In this document: piece by piece, positions 18,113 through 25,580 of the stretch | Layout: each line of letters begins with the position of its first letter | Position numbering within the stretch: the stretch's first letter is position 1 | Source: Candidatus Woesearchaeota archaeon | Lineage (GTDB): Archaea > Nanobdellota > Nanobdellia > Woesearchaeales > UBA11576 | Length of the DNA: 64,000 bases | Direction of reading: 5' to 3' | Assembly (NCBI GenBank): GCA_043819495.1 | Contig: JBDRET010000030.1 | Coordinates: forward strand, 133,463 to 197,462 | Made by a program: the position numbers and the translations under genes | The notes under the pieces: generated by a model | What the model was told of the DNA's origin: nothing | Databases searched by the model: none | Seen by the model: the letters and a program-made list of their open reading frames with translations, nothing else

Positions 18113-20230
18113 ATGTATAATTATAAATATACTGACTTCTTTGATATGCTTATGAGGATACTGGACAAGTTGTTCAAAAAAAGGGGAAGAAGAACAGCAC
18201 TGAAAACGTGGTTGGTAGAAGTAGACTCTTTGTTCAGGAAAGAGGTAGCTTCATTGGATCAATTTAAAGAGGTAAGTGATAAAAAATTTGAATTCATACG
18301 GCATACGAATGATCTGTGGGATAAGAATTGGGAAGAGGCCAAGATTGTTTTTGAGAGAGTGCCGGGACTTCTGGATGCGCAGATAGGGTGTCTTAAATCT
18401 TTGAGAGAAGATGTTGAAGATGAGGAGAAGTTTCTTCGTATCCTGCTGAAGACTGAAGATGAGCATGGGTTCTCACAACAGATGCTCAAGAATGAACATA
18501 AGGAATTGAAACGTATCCGGGCTGGTAAGGAGAAAGCAGGAGCAGACGCTTCTGAGTGGCTTAAAGAATCTTTTGAACTTCAGGAAAAAGAATCATCTCG
18601 CATATATCCTTTATTGAAGGCTGCAAAAGGGATGGATTCTGCAGACGGGTATCTGTTAGAGAACCTGAAGGGTCAGAAGAAGATATTCTCAAAGAAGAAT
18701 GGCTGGGCATTCCTATGTGATAAGAAGGTGCGTGCCGAGCTGGTCACTGCATTGGAAGCAGAGAGAAGTCAACTGGTGAGACTTACAGATATATTGGAGA
18801 TTTCTGCAAGAGACCTGAAATTCTTGCTGGAGCATGACAGGAATGCATTGGCTGCAGAGAGAATAACATTTAATGATGCGGTCGAGGTGTCTGCTGAAAG
18901 AGCAGATAAGTATTCTCATCAGCCGAATGATTTTATTATCTTCATTAACGGAGTTTCAGGATGTCTTTTTTCGATAGACAAGGCGTATACTTCAACGCTG
19001 CAGGTAGATGTCAAGATCAGTACTGCTTTGTTAGGTGTTGCTGAAGAGAAGAGGCACGATACTCGCGGAGGTTATGGATTTACATTCAATAAGCCGATAG
19101 AAGTCCAGCGTGATGGTGGTGCTGACGCTGCAGTGTTCAAGATGGCTTTCAGACCCAAAGACCTAGGCAAGTTTCTGCGTCTCAAAGATGACGTCAAGGT
19201 GACTATGACTATCAGGACAGATAATCAGGTGAAGGAGAAGACTTACGATCTTGGAAATCTTCTGCAGGCTAAGACTGATATGAATAAGCTGAGAAAGTCC
19301 AGTGAACTTTTTTATGATGATCTTCTGCTGGTCCGGGCTTTTGAATTCAAATATCTTGAGAAAGAGCGCCTGACCAAGAATAAGGTGATATATGCTTCTC
19401 CTAGGAGAGATACTATCCACTTCACATTGAACCATTATGTCAAGACACATGGTATGGGTGACTGGGAGGAGATGGATTCTGTGCTGATGTTCCCTCTGAG
19501 CAGGGCACCTGCTATGAATGAGAAGAACTTTTATGGCGGGCTTGCGGTTGATGTTTTTTTTGTGGGATTTGTCAGGGTGCCTGCAGATGAAGCGGTGTTC
19601 GTAAAAAGGATTGTGGGAGAGTCTTTTGATTGTTTCCATAAGAGGGTGACTGATACTATCTACAGTCTTGGCTATCCAGTATCTGAAGGAGGGGCGCATG
19701 GAGATGCTCTGATAGATGATGTGTGGTTCAGGTTCTGTAAAGAACACGGGCTTACTGTCCACCAGCACACATTCACTGAATTCGGTCGTATAGGTAGGGG
19801 AGGGAGTGTTTCTAATGTCAGATTAGAGCAATCTCCTGATGAATATTCCAAGGCAAAGGTTGCACTTGCTGAGTTCCTTAAGAATGAGGGGGTCTCTGTA
19901 ACAGACATTACTGAGGAATCTCTTGGTCAAGCTGTAAAAAAGATAGGCACTATGAGATTATACCAATATATGGAGTGGCTCGATCTTAAGATTGGGCGTC
20001 CTGATATCTATAAAAAATATAAGGTCTGTCTTGATGCTTGGATGTCTTATTGGACTAAAAAAAATAAGAAGGGAGAGGTTGACTTTGATAAAGGTTGCCT
20101 GCCTGAAAGTTTGGATGCTGATCATCAGTATGATGTTGAGGCATTGGAACACTATTTCTTGAAAGCGCCGCCTCAGTCAAAAAAGAAGGATGGGCGGGTG
20201 ATATCGGGTAGTGATCAGTATAGATTATAG
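18113..20230 (+). CDS. Hypothetical 705-aa protein (coiled-coil-like N-terminal third, beta-rich middle)
   Basis: Long uninterrupted ORF on the same strand 67 nt after the paralog pair. No nucleotide-binding or nuclease motif seen by eye. An alternative start at MLMRILDK is possible. Confidence 0.75.
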   Translation: MYNYKYTDFFDMLMRILDKLFKKRGRRTALKTWLVEVDSLFRKEVASLDQFKEVSDKKFEFIRHTNDLWDKNWEEAKIVFERVPGLLDAQIGCLKSLREDVEDEEKFLRILLKTEDEHGFSQQMLKNEHKELKRIRAGKEKAGADASEWLKESFELQEKESSRIYPLLKAAKGMDSADGYLLENLKGQKKIFSKKNGWAFLCDKKVRAELVTALEAERSQLVRLTDILEISARDLKFLLEHDRNALAAERITFNDAVEVSAERADKYSHQPNDFIIFINGVSGCLFSIDKAYTSTLQVDVKISTALLGVAEEKRHDTRGGYGFTFNKPIEVQRDGGADAAVFKMAFRPKDLGKFLRLKDDVKVTMTIRTDNQVKEKTYDLGNLLQAKTDMNKLRKSSELFYDDLLLVRAFEFKYLEKERLTKNKVIYASPRRDTIHFTLNHYVKTHGMGDWEEMDSVLMFPLSRAPAMNEKNFYGGLAVDVFFVGFVRVPADEAVFVKRIVGESFDCFHKRVTDTIYSLGYPVSEGGAHGDALIDDVWFRFCKEHGLTVHQHTFTEFGRIGRGGSVSNVRLEQSPDEYSKAKVALAEFLKNEGVSVTDITEESLGQAVKKIGTMRLYQYMEWLDLKIGRPDIYKKYKVCLDAWMSYWTKKNKKGEVDFDKGCLPESLDADHQYDVEALEHYFLKAPPQSKKKDGRVISGSDQYRL

Positions 20231-20289
20231 GGTCCAGGGATTCTGACCAGACATTTGTGACGTTGTTTTATGACGTTGTTTTATGCTAA

Positions 20290-20303
20290 GAAAAGCTTAT
20301 AAA
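20290..20303 (+). promoter_or_regulatory. TATA box for tRNA-Leu
   Basis: GAAAAG-CTTATAAA ends 24 nt before tRNA position 1. Confidence 0.55.
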
Positions 20304-20326
20304 CTCACCATTTCTCTTTTCAGCTC

Positions 20327-20494
20327 GTGAGGGTAGCAGAGTCTGGCCAAATGCGCAGGACTTAAGTGCGCTTAAGTGTTGAGCCGAAAGGCAATGATAG
20401 ACGTGCACTGCGCTTGGACATCCTGTCCCTTAGTGGGTACGCGGGTTCAAATTCAGCCACCTCCTTGGTGCTGGTGAAAGTCCCGTCCCTCACA
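20327..20494 (+). tRNA. tRNA-Leu(UAA): tRNA-Leu (anticodon UAA) with two introns: 53 nt at 37/38 and 29 nt at the T-loop/T-stem junction
   Basis: Exons are 20327-20366, 20420-20451/2 and 20481/2-20494. Spliced product: GUGAGGG UA GCAGAGUCUGGCCAAAUGC G CAGGA CUUAAGA UCCUG UCCCUUAGUGGGUAC GCGGG UUCAAAU CCCGU CCCUCAC A. It has a 7-bp acceptor, a GG D-loop, a long variable arm and a canonical T-arm. Both introns sit in BHB-like structures (see findings). Confidence 0.85.
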
Positions 20495-20535
20495 TAAAAA
20501 CAATCCCAACTGCATCGGGATTGTTGAACATGACA

Positions 20536-20627
20536 AAAGGCATAACTGTCGATTTTAAAGATAATCTCGACTTCATCGAGATTATCAGACTTGGCAACAA
20601 GTTGCCAAGCATCGGCATTATGCCTTT
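20536..20627 (+). other. Nested inverted-repeat element (three-helix junction) of unknown function
   Basis: Outer stem 20536-20553 / 20611-20627 (17 bp, one bulged C, one U.G wobble on the + strand). Inner perfect hairpins GATAATCTCGA-cttca-TCGAGATTATC (20560-20586) and CTTGGCAAC-aa-GTTGCCAAG (20590-20609). Confidence 0.6.
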
Positions 20628-20674
20628 CTCTCATGTTTATTTTTAACTTCTAATTAGTAGTAAAAACCAAAAGA

Positions 20675-20684
20675 CTTATAAATA
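20675..20684 (+). promoter_or_regulatory. TATA box for the Fic gene (leaderless spacing)
   Basis: CTTATAAATA ends 22 nt before ATG 20706. Preceded by GTAAAAACCAAAA (20660-20672). Confidence 0.5.
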
Positions 20685-20705
20685 GTAGATTCATTAAAAT
20701 AGGCT

Positions 20706-21662
20706 ATGTTACAGGAAACTCTCCAGGCAATAGATGACATAGTGGCCCGTCTGAACACTCATCCTGACTACTCAGAGAAGCGTAAGACCCATGTTTTTGG
20801 TGCTGTGAGAGCAGAATCATCAAGGCATTCTGTGGGTATTGAGTTCAAGGTTGAAAGATCCAAGGGCAAGGTCAGGACCCAGCGAAGGGAGTCCTCGATA
20901 CGGCATCTTGAACAGGCAAATAGATACCTTGCAATGCATGGGATATCTCTTGGCATACTCAGTGTACTCGGGAATCTTGTTGAGCCTGAAGGGCATACAT
21001 ACCCGAATTTCCGCAAGTTCCATGTCCAGTTCGGCAGGTTTGATCCTCCTTCTTCAGAAGCAGTGATATACAGGATAAATGATCTTGTTGCTGATCTTAA
21101 GGACCCATGCGTAGGGCCCGTCACTAGAGCTGTTGAGGCACATCTTGAGATGGTACGTATACATCCGTATGAGGATGGCAATGGTCGTGCTGCAAGATTG
21201 CTCCAGAATTTCTGTCTTGAGCAGAGAGCATACCCTCCTGCATTGATACATGCAGAAGATAGGGATACATATCTCAAGCTGATAGGGCATGCGCTTGATG
21301 ATCGTTATGCAGCAAAGTCCCGTATGCGTGAACCTTCAAAGGGTGAGTGTAAGTTCAGGGAATTCATCGCTGCAAAAGTGCTTGATTCTGCATCAAGGAT
21401 TGAGCATGAGCTTCAGAACCGCAGCATGTACTCTGTTGAGTTCAGCAGCAAGGTCGACAAGGAGGTGCTTTATTCTACTGCCAAACAGATAAGGAGCAAA
21501 GGTCGCAGGGACACGAGTAAAGGTGTGAGTGTAAGGGTGGATTACAGGAGCAAGGAGCCGAGTCTTGAGATAACTGGGGTGATAGATGTCACCGAGCTTC
21601 GTCGCACTCTTGAAAAATCTCTGCCAGCCAAGAGTTCATCATATAAGATAAAAAAAGTATAA
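20706..21662 (+). CDS. Fic/DOC-family protein (putative AMPylase)
   Basis: Core motif HPYEDGNGRAARLL matches HxFx(D/E)GNGRxxR, with Tyr in place of Phe. Confidence 0.85.
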   Translation: MLQETLQAIDDIVARLNTHPDYSEKRKTHVFGAVRAESSRHSVGIEFKVERSKGKVRTQRRESSIRHLEQANRYLAMHGISLGILSVLGNLVEPEGHTYPNFRKFHVQFGRFDPPSSEAVIYRINDLVADLKDPCVGPVTRAVEAHLEMVRIHPYEDGNGRAARLLQNFCLEQRAYPPALIHAEDRDTYLKLIGHALDDRYAAKSRMREPSKGECKFREFIAAKVLDSASRIEHELQNRSMYSVEFSSKVDKEVLYSTAKQIRSKGRRDTSKGVSVRVDYRSKEPSLEITGVIDVTELRRTLEKSLPAKSSSYKIKKV

Positions 21663-21746
21663 TTTTGTCTGTATAAGATATTTTCTCCCAAAATTTTAAA
21701 TATCACTCCTTAGAGTCATCTATGTATAGTTCAAAAAGGTGATAAA

Positions 21747-22037
21747 ATGGGAATAGTGTTGACAGAAGAGGAGAAGAAGCTCATGCAGGAAGGAAAGCTC
21801 AACCCTTCAGATATCCTTGAGCACCGTAAGATAAATCCTGTGCGCACGATAGACGTCAATGAGCTTGACAAGGTGAAGCAGGAGATACGTGACACGAACA
21901 TCCTGTATAAGGACTCGATACAGAAGAATAAGGACTTGTATGACGAGCTTCAGGAGAACCGTAAGCGCAAGGAAGAGCTAAGGAACAAGATTGCAGAGCT
22001 CCGTCTTAAGAAGAAACAACTTCTAGGATTAGAATGA
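21747..22037 (+). CDS. Small Lys/Glu-rich coiled-coil protein, function unknown
   Basis: TATA-like TTTTAAATAT at 21694-21703 and AGGTGA before the ATG. 96-aa charged helical sequence. Confidence 0.6.
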   Translation: MGIVLTEEEKKLMQEGKLNPSDILEHRKINPVRTIDVNELDKVKQEIRDTNILYKDSIQKNKDLYDELQENRKRKEELRNKIAELRLKKKQLLGLE

Positions 22038-22072
22038 AAATATAGAAAAAATATTTTTAAAATATTTATTCT

Positions 22073-22429
22073 TTATACGTTGACTTTTGTCTTGAGAAGC
22101 ACTCCGATGGTGACAAGAAGGCCATATCCCAGGAAAATATATTCCAATGGCAGTATCTTGTTAAGGAGAAGTATCCCTCCGACAACGATGGCAGCGACAC
22201 CAGTCAGGAGAAAGAACCCTTCTACGAGTGTGTGGAGAAATTCTTTCTTGAGACCATAGAGCGCATTGAGTGTCGCCCGCTTGACATCTTCGACCTTCTT
22301 CTGTATCTTGTATCTCTGGTTGAAATACTCGACCACCATCTGTGACATTATGTCAACATAGTCAGCCACAGTATCTACAGCATGGCCGGTCGTCTTCTTG
22401 GATACGTTCCTCATGACTTTGTTTACCAT
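22073..22429 (-). CDS. Two-TM membrane protein (YqjE/DUF1469-like, tentative)
   Basis: 118 aa with two C-terminal hydrophobic helices (FFLLTGVAAIVVGGILLL, IFLGYGLLVTIGVLL). Lies directly downstream of the DUF883-like gene, as in bacterial yqjD-yqjE pairs. Confidence 0.6.
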   Translation of the reverse strand: MVNKVMRNVSKKTTGHAVDTVADYVDIMSQMVVEYFNQRYKIQKKVEDVKRATLNALYGLKKEFLHTLVEGFFLLTGVAAIVVGGILLLNKILPLEYIFLGYGLLVTIGVLLKTKVNV

Positions 22430-22450
22430 CAGTTTACCTCAGTAAGGGAT

Positions 22451-22771
22451 CTACTTCCTCTTCCTTGAGACTGCAACTGCAATAGCACCAAGAGCAGCAC
22501 CGATACCTGCAGCAAGAGCAAGTGCCTTTTCAGGATTCTTCTTCGTGTACTCTTTGACCTTCTTCTCCTGCTTCATGAATGCTGATTTCGCTTTATTCAG
22601 TTCTGCATTTGCCTTATGCTGGTATTCCTTGAAGTTATTAGTAATATTCTTCTCGACTTTCTTGACTTTAGCCACTACTCTCTTCTCGGCTTTTTTCACT
22701 TTGGAGACAGCGCTCTTGACTGAAAATTTTGCTTTTGACTTTGGTTTGGCTTTCGCCTTATTCTTTGCCAT
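22451..22771 (-). CDS. Lys-rich tail-anchored membrane protein (ElaB/YqjD/DUF883-like, tentative)
   Basis: 106 aa. Basic helical N-terminal part, then C-terminal NPEKALALAAGIGAALGAIAVAVSRKRK, resembling the DUF883 C-terminal anchor. Confidence 0.6.
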   Translation of the reverse strand: MAKNKAKAKPKSKAKFSVKSAVSKVKKAEKRVVAKVKKVEKNITNNFKEYQHKANAELNKAKSAFMKQEKKVKEYTKKNPEKALALAAGIGAALGAIAVAVSRKRK

Positions 22772-22888
22772 TGTATCACCTTTTTTGATTAATATGATAT
22801 AGGTCTATCCTGCACTTGTGCCTTTATAAATATTTCTTAATACCTGCACACAAATACCTTTATATACCAAAACTTATGCTGATACTCC

Positions 22889-23449
22889 ATGAAAAAGAAA
22901 ACTTTTCACAAATACTTCAATATCAAGACAATGATTCTTGCAGTCGTTTTGGCTGTACTGATGATATGGATGGTGGTGACCAATATGGGAGACGGAACAA
23001 AGAGAGTCAGGCTTAACACTAACATGGGCGACATCGTGATAGAGCTGTACGATGATATGCCTATCACTGCAGGTAATTTTGAGAAGCTGGTGAGTGAAGG
23101 TTTCTATGATGGTGTGATATTCCATCGCATAATCGCAGGCTTCATGATACAGGGTGGTGACCCTACAGGCACTGGTACTGGTGGTCCGGGATACAAGATC
23201 AAGGATGAGTTCACTGACCATAACAGGAATGAGCCAGGCACATTGTCGATGGCTAATGCAGGACCTAACACTGGTGGAAGTCAGTTCTTCATCAACCTTG
23301 TTGACAACAGCTTCCTTGATGGCAAGCATCCGGTCTTCGGGAAAGTTGTTGAAGGCATGGATGTGGTCACGAAGATGGGCAAGGTCAAGACTGGCTCTGG
23401 TGACAGGCCTGTTGAAGAAGTCAAGATCATCAAGGCAGAACTCATTTAG
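22889..23449 (+). CDS. Cyclophilin-type peptidyl-prolyl cis-trans isomerase with N-terminal membrane anchor
   Basis: FHRIIAGFMIQGGDPTGTGTGGPGY, GTLSMANAGPNTGGSQFFINL and HPVFGKVVEGMDVV. N-terminal TM ILAVVLAVLMIWMVV. TATA at 22856-22866, 25 nt upstream. Confidence 0.92.
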   Translation: MKKKTFHKYFNIKTMILAVVLAVLMIWMVVTNMGDGTKRVRLNTNMGDIVIELYDDMPITAGNFEKLVSEGFYDGVIFHRIIAGFMIQGGDPTGTGTGGPGYKIKDEFTDHNRNEPGTLSMANAGPNTGGSQFFINLVDNSFLDGKHPVFGKVVEGMDVVTKMGKVKTGSGDRPVEEVKIIKAELI

Positions 23450-23480
23450 TTTTTTATTTATTTTTCTTTTACTTTTGATC

Positions 23481-23745
23481 GAAGCAGCATCATGACCGTA
23501 GTCGCCTGTAAGCATGCAATCACTTTCTGAATTATGATCAATAGTTAAGGTACGCCTTCGGCGAAACCACAAACTTCGCAGAAGTTTGGGGCGCCAGAGC
23601 AGAATTGCTCTGAGCGTTTGTACCTTACGTCCTTGAGCATGCGTGGCGACACGGAGTCCTGAAATTGCGTAGCAATTTAAGGACACCAACGCAGGATTGC
23701 GTTGAGTGGTGAGAGAAGCGAGCCGAGTAGGGCATGATGCTGCGG
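23481..23745 (+). ncRNA. Unclassified highly structured RNA candidate (~265 nt)
   Basis: No credible ORF. Appears more GC-rich than its flanks by eye. Long-range helices: 23484-23494/23733-23743 (11 bp), 23496-23506/23645-23654 (10 bp, 1 bulge), 23512-23517/23637-23642, 23538-23541/23633-23636 and 23546-23553/23620-23627. Hairpins at 23567-23591, 23595-23612, 23656-23684 and 23687-23704. TATA-like TTTATTTATT lies about 20 nt upstream. Strand is not certain. Confidence 0.5.
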
Positions 23746-24137
23746 CAAAGTCAGAAAAACGCTGCGGTGGCTCTGCTATGTGATTTTGCTGATTTGTTTG
23801 TGATACATGAATTAAGAACGCGTATTAAGATACTCACTCTTCTATTATCACTACTTTTTCTTTCTTACTGTCGTGTTTATGCCTTACGCTCCTATAAGCT
23901 CCAAGGTATACGCGTAGTGATGGCCACAGTAAGAATAGATAATGCTGAAAGAATCTCGTTCCTTTGGTGATCTTACTCGTCCCCTTTTTAGATGCCATGC
24001 TCATCTGTTCGCATCACGGCTTTTTAAATCTTTGTCCTCTCTTTTCAGCAGGTTCCTGTCCTGTATGGGTGCGGCCCTGCCTTTTTGAGAAAAAGTAGGG
24101 AAGCAACATTTATAAGATTATCACGAGATTATACGTG

Positions 24138-25574
24138 ATGTTCACAACAGATTTTATCGTTAAAGACTTCGCTGAGGTGGTATCTATGTCTGGTTGTTGT
24201 AAGGATGATAAGAAAGAGGGTTCTTCTTGCAAGGATAAGAAGAAAGAGAATTCTGCTCTTGAGAGCTTTTCAAAGAAGGAGCGTGCAAAGTTGGAAGACA
24301 TCACAGGGGAATATATGGGTTTCCTTGATGATTGTAAGACTCCTGAATTGGTGGTCAATGAGGTCCTGCTGGTCGCAGAGAGATCTGGGCTCATCTCCTA
24401 CAATCCAGGCTTGACTTTTGAGGATGCACCTGAAGGGTTCTACCTTACTGATGTTGATGGCAGGCAGTTTGCGCTGGTCTTGCCTGGAAAGCGTCCTGTC
24501 TATGAAGCAGGTGCTTCATTACTCGCTTCACACACAGATAGTCCTTGCTTGAATCTCAAGACCCATCCGATTAGGGAAGGTCCTGAAGGTGTTGTGCTCG
24601 CGGCAAAACCTTACGGTGGCATCTGGCTGCATCAGTGGACTGATACGAAAGTGGATATTATAGGGCATGGGAGAGAGAAGGGAGAGCTCTACACTGTGAC
24701 TCTTGATGGGATGCTATCTGAACGTGGCGTCCATATATCACGACAGTCTGTCGCTGGAAAGAAGCTTGATGATGCATTCCCTCATGAGATGTTGAAAGTC
24801 ATAACAGGGATCAAGGACAAGAAGGAGTTCAATGATGTGCTTAAGTCAGTGGGATTGACTGATGAGACTTTCTTCAATAACACATGGTATGTTATACCTT
24901 CCGAAGAAGGGAAGATGGTCGGCAGTCTCATGACTGCATACGGCCATGATGACAGGATATGCGTCTATACTACAGTGAAGTCTGCACTCGATTCTGTTGA
25001 CAGGACTTTTCCTGTTGTTGTTTATGGTGCATCCCGTGAAGAGATAGGGAGCACAGGGACAGATAGTGCACAGTCACCATTCCTCGAATCTGCTGTTGAT
25101 GCATTGATGCTCGCGAGCGGGATGAAAGCGTGCAGCCTGAATGGCGCAAACCTTAGGACGATATTCAGGAATTCAAGGATGCTCTCCTGTGATGTTGAGA
25201 TTGCTCTTACAACATATGACAAAGGGAATCAGGATGAAGAGGTCGCTTCCCGTTTCAACAAAGGTATCGCCCTTGTGAAATCAAATGGGGGTTCATACCA
25301 GTATGGTGGTCATCTGACATCTGATGAGATGGCAGGCTACACGACATCACTTCTCAAGGGAGCAGGTGTTGTCTACCAGACATCTGAGATACCTACCAAG
25401 CTTGAGGCAGGTGGCGGGGGTACTCTGGCAAAGTTCTTTGCGCACAGAGGGATACCTACGATAGATGCAGGGCCTCCAGTTGGAAACATGCATGGTAAGA
25501 ATCAGCTGGCGCACATAGGGGATTTTGGTCAGACTCTGAAGGCATACAGGGCATTTATAGAAAGGAAGAAGTGA
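24138..25574 (+). CDS. M18-family aminopeptidase (aspartyl aminopeptidase-like)
   Basis: ASHTDSPCLNLK, GHDDRICVYT, SREEIGSTGTDSAQS and GNMHGKNQLAH match M18 metal-ligand blocks. TATA CATTTATAAG at 24106-24115. GTG 24135 is an alternative start. Confidence 0.85.
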   Translation: MFTTDFIVKDFAEVVSMSGCCKDDKKEGSSCKDKKKENSALESFSKKERAKLEDITGEYMGFLDDCKTPELVVNEVLLVAERSGLISYNPGLTFEDAPEGFYLTDVDGRQFALVLPGKRPVYEAGASLLASHTDSPCLNLKTHPIREGPEGVVLAAKPYGGIWLHQWTDTKVDIIGHGREKGELYTVTLDGMLSERGVHISRQSVAGKKLDDAFPHEMLKVITGIKDKKEFNDVLKSVGLTDETFFNNTWYVIPSEEGKMVGSLMTAYGHDDRICVYTTVKSALDSVDRTFPVVVYGASREEIGSTGTDSAQSPFLESAVDALMLASGMKACSLNGANLRTIFRNSRMLSCDVEIALTTYDKGNQDEEVASRFNKGIALVKSNGGSYQYGGHLTSDEMAGYTTSLLKGAGVVYQTSEIPTKLEAGGGGTLAKFFAHRGIPTIDAGPPVGNMHGKNQLAHIGDFGQTLKAYRAFIERKK

Positions 25575-25580
25575 TTTTTT

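Noticed and set aside
19163-19768. 201-aa minus-strand ORF inside the 705-aa gene
   Set aside because: It is fully nested antisense to a longer uninterrupted ORF and has no promoter or SD context.
20536-20627. Hammerhead or other small self-cleaving ribozyme at the three-way junction
   Set aside because: The junction strands are UUUAAA, AGA and C. The conserved CUGANGA / GAAA core is absent.
20362-20634. 90-aa minus-strand ORF
   Set aside because: It overlaps the tRNA-Leu exons and introns and the nested palindromes, so the region is better explained by RNA or structural elements.
20231-21746. Integrated element (provirus or plasmid) using tRNA-Leu as attachment site
   Set aside because: No integrase gene and no direct repeat of the tRNA 3' end could be found in the window. 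Only the accessory flavour of the neighbouring genes supports the idea.
22874-23689. 271-aa minus-strand ORF
   Set aside because: It runs antisense through the well-supported cyclophilin gene and then through the structured intergenic RNA region. It has no motifs.
23481-23745. Calling the structured RNA an SRP (7S) RNA or RNase P RNA
   Set aside because: I could not find RNase P CR-I/CR-V consensus strings or an SRP helix-8 GNAR tetraloop with an AGCA loop on either strand. The helix order on the + strand also does not fit either topology. It is left unclassified pending a covariance-model search.
23734-23970. 78-aa + strand ORF in the long intergenic gap
   Set aside because: It starts inside the terminal helix of the RNA candidate. 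It is hydrophobic and low-complexity, with no SD or TATA at an appropriate distance.
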